From positions 36,782-100,781 of the forward strand of contig CAYXYP010000001.1 of the NCBI GenBank assembly GCA_964469405.1: a stretch of DNA of 64,000 bases, in the 5' to 3' direction. Within the stretch, counting starts at the first letter, position 1. Every line of letters starts with the position of its first letter. Positions 8,695 to 15,958 of the stretch are shown here, piece by piece. Origin of the DNA: an uncultured Candidatus Saccharibacteria bacterium (lineage in GTDB: Bacteria; Patescibacteriota; Minisyncoccia; Phycocordibacterales; Phycocordibacteraceae). The notes beneath the pieces were generated by a model. That model ran no database searches. It was not told where the DNA came from and worked only from the letters and a program-made list of their open reading frames with translations. Both the position numbers and the translations under genes were made by a program.

Positions 8695-9552
8695 TTACCA
8701 TACGAGCTTACCTAAAACTCCTGCTTCGAGCATGTTGAGATTAAATACATACTCGTTGTGATTGTATGTTTCTTCAAGAGGTCTCTTTGTAGTGTACCAA
8801 CCCAACCCATCAGTTATCCAAATAAAATCAATATTTTGAGCTTTCAGCTCATCATAAAGACTTCTGAATTCACCACACACGGCCTTCAGTTTTGAGCCAC
8901 CACCGTTATAAAAATTAGTTTCAAACAGTTTGATACTTTTATTCGTTGGGTTGTACACTGCAAAATCAAAACTTCGCTCTGATTTATCTATTTTCACGTC
9001 AACGCCCCACTTACTTTTTATGGCTGTAGAACGTGCTTGTGGCAAATACTCATAACCATTCTTGTTACAAAAATCACTTATGAATTCCCCTACAATCTCT
9101 TCCATCAGTGTGCCACCACGATTCTTACGGCCATTACTATCAAGACCGACCTCAACACCCATAACGTAGTCCACAAGATTCTTAACTCCATCCTTTTGGA
9201 ATAGTCGTGCGAGGCCAGATTTGTTGAGGAATTCAAAATACTTTGCTGGGTCTTTTTCTGTACCTGAGAAATCAAAGAACTCAGAATTCTTCGCAGCTTT
9301 ATCGAACACCTCGAGTTTATTCTCTCGTACGGCCAAAAGTACTGGCAGTGCCTTCACAATATCTGGGTTAGAACTATAGAGTTTCTTGAATTCGTCTTCC
9401 AGATTCTCTTTTCCGAGAAGATAATTGAGTTTATTGAGAGTTATCTCTAGATCAGAGCTATTCGCAAAGACCTTCTTCCAATTCACAAAATAGTCCCACG
9501 TCTTGATTGAACTCTTAAAAGTTGTGATGAGATTATTGAAGTCTTTGTCCAT
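8695..9552 (-). CDS. type II restriction endonuclease, probably DpnII/MboI family (GATC), inferred mainly from context
   Basis: 285-aa ORF sandwiched between a Dam-like MTase and a DpnA-like MTase, matching the DpnII/MboI/LlaDCHI cassette architecture. Confidence 0.45.
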   Translation of the reverse strand: MDKDFNNLITTFKSSIKTWDYFVNWKKVFANSSDLEITLNKLNYLLGKENLEDEFKKLYSSNPDIVKALPVLLAVRENKLEVFDKAAKNSEFFDFSGTEKDPAKYFEFLNKSGLARLFQKDGVKNLVDYVMGVEVGLDSNGRKNRGGTLMEEIVGEFISDFCNKNGYEYLPQARSTAIKSKWGVDVKIDKSERSFDFAVYNPTNKSIKLFETNFYNGGGSKLKAVCGEFRSLYDELKAQNIDFIWITDGLGWYTTKRPLEETYNHNEYVFNLNMLEAGVLGKLVW

Positions 9553-9556
9553 AGTA

Positions 9557-10513
9557 TTAATAATTAGTCACCAGCACTTCCTTAATCTTCCCTCTTCCAG
9601 ACCCTTTTGAATTAATCGCCCGCCCAGCTTCTACTTTAGAGATTCGAACTCCCTTGAATCCGGAATAAATGCCATTGATGAATGGTGCGTCAGAATTTGA
9701 GAGCATCACGAAACATCCTCTGTTACTCAATTCAAGAAAAATATCACGCAGTTCCCACTGATCCTTTTCGGAAAAGCCATTGGACGTATATGAAGTAAAT
9801 GTCGCTGTTTTACTTACAGGATGATACGGTGGATCGAAGTACACAAAATCCCCCTTCTTTGCCTTCTTTAGAACTTGTTTGTAGTCCTGATGCTTTATCT
9901 CAACGTTTTTGAGTGCTCCTGAAATCTTCCGAAGATTCTCTTCGTCGCAGATTTTTGGATTCTTGCTGTAGCCAAAGGGCACATTAAATTCGCCTCGACT
10001 ATTCACACGGTACATGCCATTGAAGCCCGCGCGATTGAGATAGATGAAACGTGAAGCTACTTGAAGCGGAGAAAGTTTCTCTACTTTTTGTGCGCGTACC
10101 TTTAGAAAATACTCTTTACTATGAGCATGCTTCTTAAGCGCCTTAATGAGACTCTCTACATCGTTTTTTATTACGTTGTACGTTGTAACGAGCTCGAAAT
10201 TGAGATCAGAGAGAAATGCTTTTTTAGGAAACAGATCAAAGAATACAGCTCCTCCGCCGACGAATGGCTCAAAGTATTGGTCCTTGGTAGAGTCGAATTT
10301 CTCTGGTGGATAAAGGTTCATCAATCTGAACTGTCTGAGAAGCTGTCGCTTCCCTCCGACCCATTTTACAAACGGTTTCGGTTTTTCTTCTATTATTTTT
10401 GCGGCCTCATTTATGAAATCTTTAGAGGAGGTTAGACCGTAGACATTACGCGCATAAATGGCATTTATATCAAATTCCTGCTGTATCTTTCTGACTGCCT
10501 CAGCCGTGGTCAT
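9557..10513 (-). CDS. dam: Dam-family (D12 class) N6-adenine DNA methyltransferase
   Basis: 'VKWVGGKRQLL' and 'YFDPPY' motifs characteristic of Dam/DpnM. Confidence 0.75.
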   Translation of the reverse strand: MTTAEAVRKIQQEFDINAIYARNVYGLTSSKDFINEAAKIIEEKPKPFVKWVGGKRQLLRQFRLMNLYPPEKFDSTKDQYFEPFVGGGAVFFDLFPKKAFLSDLNFELVTTYNVIKNDVESLIKALKKHAHSKEYFLKVRAQKVEKLSPLQVASRFIYLNRAGFNGMYRVNSRGEFNVPFGYSKNPKICDEENLRKISGALKNVEIKHQDYKQVLKKAKKGDFVYFDPPYHPVSKTATFTSYTSNGFSEKDQWELRDIFLELSNRGCFVMLSNSDAPFINGIYSGFKGVRISKVEAGRAINSKGSGRGKIKEVLVTNY

Positions 10514-10650
10514 ACACTAATACTTTAGCATTCTTGATGGATTTTGAAGCATTAGTTACCAACTCATCGAGCCTATAGGGCGGTCTGGACTCCCTGCGCG
10601 GGTTGCGTCATCCATTGTGGTAGGGCGAATTAGCAAGTAACCACAATGCA

Positions 10651-11988
10651 ATGAATAAGGCGGTATTTGAGGGTACAGACAGGGTTCTGGGGCTTAAACC
10701 AGAGGCCAAGGAGGCGGTAAAGGTGCGGTATTGCCTCTATGCCAGAAAGAGCACTGAACAGGACGAGATGCAGGCGCTCTCAATCGATTCGCAGATAAAG
10801 GAGATGACTGCACTCGCGGCTCGCGAAGACCTCGAAATTGTAGTGATTAAAAAGGAAAGCCATTCGGCGAAAGAGGCCAGCCAGCGGCCAGTCTTTAACG
10901 AGATGATCGACGAGATGCGCGCCGGTAAGTTCAACGGCATCCTGACCTGGGCGGCAGATCGTATTAGCCGCAATGCAGGCGACCTCGGGAGAGTCGTCGA
11001 TATGATGGACGCTGGAGTGCTCGTGCAGATACAGACGTATAGTCAGAAATTCTCGAACAATCCCAATGAGAAATTCCTGCTGATGATCCTCTGCTCGCAG
11101 GCGAAGCTCGAGAACGACAACAAAAGCATCAACGTGAAGCGCGGCCTACGCACACGCGCAGAGATGGGCATGCTCCCCGGCTGGGCTCCGGTCGGATATC
11201 TTAATGACACGCGGTCAGACCACAAATGCGAATATCTGCTCGACCCGATACGCTCCCCTATCGTGAAGCTTATCTTCGAAAAGGTCGGCAAAGAACGGTG
11301 GAGCGGAGTGAAGATATATCACTGGTTGCGAGAGGAAGTGAAGTTCACGACAAGAAGCGGGAAGAATATGAGTATCGGTACTCTCTACGAACTATTGAAA
11401 AACCCATTTTATTGCGGCGTCTTCGAGTATCCACGCGGGAGTGGCAATTGGTATGTCGGTAAGCACGAAGCGCTCATTACACGAGAACTCTTCGAGTTGG
11501 TACGCGAAAAGATCGTGTCAGAATCGAATCCAAAAAAACGAACGGGCGAATTTGCCTTCACTCGCCTGATGACTTGCAGCGAGTGCGGCTCTGGCGTCAC
11601 TTGCATGGATAAAGAGAAATTCGTAAAGATGCTCGGGACGACAAAGATTTACAGATATTACTTATGCACTCGAGCCCAAGACCGGCGATGTAAGAATCCG
11701 TACATTCGTGAGGATAATCTCATAGAACAACTCTCCGAAATCATCGATGGGATCGAGATAGACCGCCTTGGCGCGCGACACCTTATAGATAAAGAGGTCG
11801 CCAGATTCAACAAACTACGCTCACAGGTGCTAGGCGTAAAAGAGAAAGAAAAGGCACTCGAGATGGACGTGAAGCGTTATGCAAGATACCTGCTCGAGGA
11901 AGGCACTATCGAAGAAAAGCGACAGTTGCTTGAGCAGTTGCGCGGCAAGATCGTACTGAAAGATAAAGAAATCACGCTTTCAAATTAA
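10651..11988 (+). CDS. large serine recombinase (resolvase catalytic domain + recombinase domain + zinc ribbon)
   Basis: 'YARKSTEQ' catalytic Ser motif; C-terminal Cys-rich ribbon (CSECGSG...CTRAQDRRC); 445 aa. Confidence 0.7.
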   Translation: MNKAVFEGTDRVLGLKPEAKEAVKVRYCLYARKSTEQDEMQALSIDSQIKEMTALAAREDLEIVVIKKESHSAKEASQRPVFNEMIDEMRAGKFNGILTWAADRISRNAGDLGRVVDMMDAGVLVQIQTYSQKFSNNPNEKFLLMILCSQAKLENDNKSINVKRGLRTRAEMGMLPGWAPVGYLNDTRSDHKCEYLLDPIRSPIVKLIFEKVGKERWSGVKIYHWLREEVKFTTRSGKNMSIGTLYELLKNPFYCGVFEYPRGSGNWYVGKHEALITRELFELVREKIVSESNPKKRTGEFAFTRLMTCSECGSGVTCMDKEKFVKMLGTTKIYRYYLCTRAQDRRCKNPYIREDNLIEQLSEIIDGIEIDRLGARHLIDKEVARFNKLRSQVLGVKEKEKALEMDVKRYARYLLEEGTIEEKRQLLEQLRGKIVLKDKEITLSN

Positions 11989-12483
11989 ACGAGCACTCAT
12001 AAGTTGAATAGATAACGCCTGATCACTCACTCGATACAGACGAGCAAGTGTTGGAATATCAGGAGAGGATTTATAGTCTTTCTTGAGAATTATTTTCGGC
12101 ATGAGGAGCTCGGCAGCAAAAACATTCGCTTCGGTTTCGTCATGCGATCCATCATCCTGTCTACCGGTGCAAGCATGACCCAAAAGTAAGTGGCCTATTT
12201 CATGAGCGATTGTGAAGCGACGACGACACCAGGGATGATTGCCATTAAACCCGATAGTTGCGTATTCACCGTCAACATCTTTGCAGGATACGAGCAACCC
12301 AGAGACTTTACTGCTGGCTTCAACACGGAGCACGGTTAGATTATGCTCGATTTGCAGGTATTCGATGACCTGTTGCAACGAGACGGGCGCATTTTTTATT
12401 TGTGCGTCCTTAACCAGTTTCTGCGCTAGTGTTATCGCCAGCTTTTTCCGCGCACCCAAATCTGGCAAATCATCGTACATTTG
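11980..12483 (-). CDS. ImmA/IrrE-family zinc metallopeptidase (anti-repressor protease)
   Basis: HEXXH 'AHEIGHLLLGH'; overlaps the end of an upstream XRE regulator as in ImmR/ImmA modules. Start estimated at the internal Met (MYDD...). Confidence 0.6.
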   Translation of the reverse strand, partial: QMYDDLPDLGARKKLAITLAQKLVKDAQIKNAPVSLQQVIEYLQIEHNLTVLRVEASSKVSGLLVSCKDVDGEYATIGFNGNHPWCRRRFTIAHEIGHLLLGHACTGRQDDGSHDETEANVFAAELLMPKIILKKDYKSSPDIPTLARLYRVSDQALSIQLMSARLI

Positions 12484-12814
12484 GCCTGCGCTTCGCAAGA
12501 TTAATGAAGCGAGAGAGTGCGTCTTTATCCTCCTTACTGAGATCTGGGTCGGCGCGAAGAGCCACTTGAATATCGACGGGAGCATCCTCTTTCTGGCCGA
12601 GAAAAAATTTCACATCTCGCTGAAGTACTTCGCTCACACGCTGCAAAAGTGCGGCTGGGATACCTCGTTCACCCTTTTCAATCAAAGAGATGGCTGTTGC
12701 TGACTGGAAGCCGAGCGCTTCAGCCAACTCGGTCTGTGATAAATTCCTCTCCTCCCGGACTGCCTTTATCCTAGAGCCCATCGTATTGGCGCTTTTTCCT
12801 TCCTTTTTTATCAT
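12470..12814 (-). CDS. XRE-family helix-turn-helix transcriptional regulator
   Basis: 'LSQTELAEALGFQSATAISLIEKGER' HTH_XRE signature. Confidence 0.75.
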   Translation of the reverse strand: MIKKEGKSANTMGSRIKAVREERNLSQTELAEALGFQSATAISLIEKGERGIPAALLQRVSEVLQRDVKFFLGQKEDAPVDIQVALRADPDLSKEDKDALSRFINLAKRRPNVR

Positions 12815-12845
12815 ATTCTAATTATAGACTTTTCAATTAGTATTG

Positions 12846-12875
12846 ACAACAGCTTACCGATTTTGCTAAAATGGA
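12846..12875 (+). promoter_or_regulatory. sigma70-like promoter (TTGACA-18-TAAAAT) for the + strand cargo genes, divergent from the XRE gene
   Basis: 'TTGACAacagcttaccgattttgcTAAAAT' ~45 nt upstream of the 12920 start. Confidence 0.35.
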
Positions 12876-12919
12876 TTTAGCGTTCTGAAAAACGCCCTTA
12901 CAAAATCACCCGTCAAGCC

Positions 12920-13192
12920 ATGTTTACATACCTAGTCTCATACGACCTCATCCGCCCCCACAAAGATTATCCGAACCTCATCGCTTACATGAAGACCTTC
13001 AGCTCTTGGTCAAAGCCACTTGAGTCAGTCTGGCTAATTAAGAGTAGTGCTGGTGTCGAGCAGGTTCGCAATTCGATCCAGGTACATATGGACAGCAACG
13101 ACAAAATTCTGGTCGTTGACGTCACCAGCAGAGCTGCCGCTTGGGACAAACTCCCCGCGGAGGTTAGCACCTGGATCCATAGTTCATTATAA
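12920..13192 (+). CDS. hypothetical 90-aa protein (island cargo)
   Basis: ORF with no recognisable motifs. Confidence 0.4.
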   Translation: MFTYLVSYDLIRPHKDYPNLIAYMKTFSSWSKPLESVWLIKSSAGVEQVRNSIQVHMDSNDKILVVDVTSRAAAWDKLPAEVSTWIHSSL

Positions 13193-13208
13193 CCGAACGC
13201 GTACTACT

Positions 13209-14138
13209 ATGATCATCAAACAGAAGAGGATTCATAAACTTGAACCGTACACCCGTCTGATACCGACCGGGGACGACCTTGTGGTCGGTGTAGCAAGTCC
13301 CGCAGGGGACCGTCTCCGCGCCATCGGATTTTCTAACGCCCTTGAGAACGGCGAGACTGTGCTGCCTACACCAGTGGGACACACCAGCCTGTTCAATGCG
13401 GAGGGGAAAAATAAAATTAACCGCGACTTACCGAAGGAAACCCTATATCGCACCGCCGAGTGGACATGGACTGAGCTCCACGGAAAGGACCGCGTTGAGC
13501 GGACTGCCTTCGTTGACATACCCTACCAACGCTATCCACGTATACCTATTCCACCTCCGTCTATGGAGCTCGTTCTCGCGACAGATGCGGACGGAGTTCG
13601 CGTCGTAAGAACATCTATCATCAAGAATTGGAAAACCAGTCCTGATTCAGTAATTCACGCAGTGAACCTGATGCTTGAGCTGTTTGGTGAGTGTTTGTTC
13701 TACGATGCAGAAATGAAGCGTCTCATTGCCGCGCCAGTAAAGCGCTTGACCTGGAATCTACTTCCACCCGGAAGACGTCCATTCGCTGCCCTTAAGGCGA
13801 AGCTTGCCGAAGTACTCGCTGACGTGAAGACCGGTAAGCTATCGTTTACCGAACATCGCTTGGAGACAGTAAATGCGTATAAGCCAGACTTTGCGGCCGT
13901 TGGTAATGGCGGGTTTCGTGGCTACGTAGTGCTTGGCTTCGTAGATCGCAATCTGTATGTATTAGAGAGCTTACTGTATGGGAATGCGACTTATGTCTTT
14001 GAAGAGAACTGGGAAAACCTCTCAAAGAAGACGAAGGCAGAGATCCTTGATAAGCGACTTCAGAAAGAGCGTCTCGTTCATCATAAGAACTGGGCAGTCG
14101 ATGTTGCTTCGCTCTTGAAAATCGAGACGTCAAAATAG
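13209..14138 (+). CDS. hypothetical ~310-aa protein (island cargo); start estimated at internal Met (MIIKQKR...)
   Basis: Long ORF 13047..14138; no recognisable domain; terminator hairpin follows. Confidence 0.4.
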   Translation: MIIKQKRIHKLEPYTRLIPTGDDLVVGVASPAGDRLRAIGFSNALENGETVLPTPVGHTSLFNAEGKNKINRDLPKETLYRTAEWTWTELHGKDRVERTAFVDIPYQRYPRIPIPPPSMELVLATDADGVRVVRTSIIKNWKTSPDSVIHAVNLMLELFGECLFYDAEMKRLIAAPVKRLTWNLLPPGRRPFAALKAKLAEVLADVKTGKLSFTEHRLETVNAYKPDFAAVGNGGFRGYVVLGFVDRNLYVLESLLYGNATYVFEENWENLSKKTKAEILDKRLQKERLVHHKNWAVDVASLLKIETSK

Positions 14139-14150
14139 TACTAGCAACAA

Positions 14151-14184
14151 ACGCAGAAGCCGCTCTTTCGAGCGGCTTCTGCGT
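14151..14184. terminator. perfect hairpin terminator (ACGCAGAAGCCGCTC-tttc-GAGCGGCTTCTGCGT)
   Basis: 15-bp perfect inverted repeat, T-rich on the minus strand after it; downstream of both the cargo gene (+) and the tRNA (-). Confidence 0.6.
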
Positions 14185-14189
14185 ACGTG

Positions 14190-14252
14190 ATGCCTGGCGG
14201 TACTGTACTGGTCCCAATGGGGGCCGGTACTGGTTCCTGGCGTCACAACCGT
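14190..14252. repeat. right-boundary repeats: GGCGGTACTGTAC and GGGGGCCGGTA, the latter a partial copy of the tRNA 3' end
   Basis: 14196-14208 and 14219-14229; GGGGGCCGG is identical to the + strand image of the tRNA T-stem/acceptor junction at 14258-14266. Confidence 0.5.
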
Positions 14253-14253
14253 G

Positions 14254-14542
14254 TTGCGGGGGCCGGAATCGAACCGGCGTCTGGAGGTTATGCTTACCAC
14301 TACAATTTTCATTGCCCTATAGTTTGTGGTCTGGACTATGCCTTCATCCGTCAACTTGCCGGATGTCTACCGTCTAGTCTCTACACCTTCCGAGTGACAA
14401 CCATCACAGGGCTTGGCTCGGTGTTGCCCTTCGTTATTCATGAGAGGGGTTCGCCGAATTTGGCAGATAATCTTGCGCGCAATTACTCACGCGTACGCCC
14501 GAATTTTTCAAGCCTCCCGAGGTACCTCTCCTCTACCCCGCA
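14254..14542 (-). tRNA. tRNA (anticodon most likely CAU: Met or Ile2) split by a ~218-nt group I intron in the anticodon loop; no encoded CCA
   Basis: Exon 1 (14542 to ~14511) folds as acceptor UGCGGGG, D-arm GAGG/CCUC, anticodon stem GGAGG + CU. Exon 2 (~14292 to 14254) gives CAUAA + CCUCC, var loop, T-arm GCCGG-UUCGAUU-CCGGC, acceptor CCCCGCA. Only the CU|...G|CAUAA split obeys the exon-U / intron-omegaG rule. Confidence 0.7.
14293..14510 (-). other. group I (IC3-like) self-splicing intron within the tRNA
   Basis: Core elements on the minus strand: P-like AAUUGCGCG, 'CAAAUUCGGCGAA', 'GCAACACCGAGCCAAGC', R 'GGUGUAGAGACUAGACGG' and S 'AUAGUCC' (P7 pairing GACUA/UAGUC). Close resemblance to bacterial tRNA group I introns (Azoarcus/cyanobacterial type). 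Confidence 0.6.
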
Positions 14543-14639
14543 CAGAAAGTATACACATAAAAATATGTGCGGCAACATATTTTTATGGAACCTGTGACTA
14601 TAGTAATAATATGCCTGATATACTGGTACCATATACACT

Positions 14640-15341
14640 ATGAAGACTGCCTCAAAATTACGAGCCGAATCATTACGACACCGAGGGAAAAGTGTTAAAG
14701 AAATCGCCCTGAAAGTCGGCGTCAGCCAGAGCACGGCAAGCCGGTGGTGTGCTGGCATTATTCTCTCCATAGATCAGCGCGGTGCATTGGAAAGAAAGCG
14801 ACAAAAAGCAGGTGCAAAAGCCCTTGCTCCTTGGATACGCCGAAATCGTGATTTGAAAAAGAAGGACATCGAGAAACAGAGCCAGCAAGGCCGTCGAGAT
14901 ATACGTAAGTTAACAAAACGTGACTTGCTTACGCTTGGATTGGGTCTCTATTGGGGTGAAGGGTATAAGCGCGGTAGCCAAGAATGGGGGTTCACAAATT
15001 CTGATTCTGGAATGATACGAACTGTTCTTGTGTGGCTTCATGAATGTTACAACATACCGATTGAACGCATCATCGCAAAACTCACGATAAATCTACGGTA
15101 TAAAACTCAAACTGAGCGTCTGACGGACATGTGGGCGGACGAAACTGGTATCCCACTTTCTCAATTCGGGAAGCCAACGTTCATAAGCGGTTATAATAGT
15201 TCAAAACTAAATGAGCGTTCTTATCGAGGAACTCTTCGTATCAAAGTACGCAGAGGAACATCGCTCCGTCGACGTATTCTCGCAAGTATTGTCGAAATTA
15301 ATACTCAAATGACTTTGAATTCGCGAAAGACGGCAGAATAG
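14640..15341 (+). CDS. HTH + LAGLIDADG-like (single-motif) homing-endonuclease-like protein
   Basis: N-terminal HTH 'KSVKEIALKVGVSQSTASRW'; 'LGLGLYWGEGYK' resembles the LAGLIDADG motif with an acidic residue. Confidence 0.3.
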   Translation: MKTASKLRAESLRHRGKSVKEIALKVGVSQSTASRWCAGIILSIDQRGALERKRQKAGAKALAPWIRRNRDLKKKDIEKQSQQGRRDIRKLTKRDLLTLGLGLYWGEGYKRGSQEWGFTNSDSGMIRTVLVWLHECYNIPIERIIAKLTINLRYKTQTERLTDMWADETGIPLSQFGKPTFISGYNSSKLNERSYRGTLRIKVRRGTSLRRRILASIVEINTQMTLNSRKTAE

Positions 15342-15883
15342 CGGGCGATGGTACGCCGTGCGAGCGACTCGGAGAGATCGAACGCGGAACCTTCATGCGC
15401 TATTAGATTTCGTACTTTATGCGCCTCCCATGCGTCCTGAAGCGTATTGAAATGCACCTTATCGGCAGACTTTAACTTCTCGCCTACGCCGATACCAACA
15501 TACCCATTTCGCGTCAACATATCGTCGAGCATGATATCAGCCTCGATGATCGCCTCGCGCCACTCGCTCGGACTTGTCCCGCCTGCAAGCAATTCAATAT
15601 GTTGCCAACGCGAGGAAGTGCTTTCTGTGGCGCCGGCCTCGACAAGGAGTGTGCTGTAAAATTTGCCTTCGCGCTTGCGCAGATCGAAGAGACGCATGGT
15701 GGTATAGACGATAACGAGAAACCCAAAAACAGAGAGTATGTAACCAATGACAACAACCCAAACCCATAGATGTGCCAGAAACGAGGCGAGCCATGCAAGC
15801 CATGCTGAGCTGTAGCACGCACCATGGAAACACTCATACAGGAGGCGGAACCAATATTCAACATTGATTTGGTTTACGGGCAT
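15305..15883 (-). CDS. membrane-anchored HEPN-domain protein (Rx4H motif), possible Abi/toxin-like
   Basis: N-terminal TM helices; C-terminal 'HKVRNLIAHE' Rx4-6H HEPN signature. Confidence 0.4.
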   Translation of the reverse strand: MPVNQINVEYWFRLLYECFHGACYSSAWLAWLASFLAHLWVWVVVIGYILSVFGFLVIVYTTMRLFDLRKREGKFYSTLLVEAGATESTSSRWQHIELLAGGTSPSEWREAIIEADIMLDDMLTRNGYVGIGVGEKLKSADKVHFNTLQDAWEAHKVRNLIAHEGSAFDLSESLARRTIARYSAVFREFKVI

Positions 15884-15958
15884 ATGTGCTTAGTATAACG
15901 CGCTAAAAGAGGTCTGAGACCAAACGAACTGAGCAGCGGGATAGGAAAGCAAATATTT

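Noticed and set aside
12920-13192. Cas2-like protein (N-terminal 'YLVSYDL')
   Set aside because: Only a weak N-terminal resemblance, with no Cas1 or other cas genes and no CRISPR array anywhere in the window.
14254-14542. tmRNA (ssrA) interpretation of the split tRNA-like gene
   Set aside because: The 5' part forms a genuine D-stem and anticodon-stem half that pair with the 3' part. The insert has group I R/S/P core elements and no plausible resume codon or tag ORF ending in a stop.
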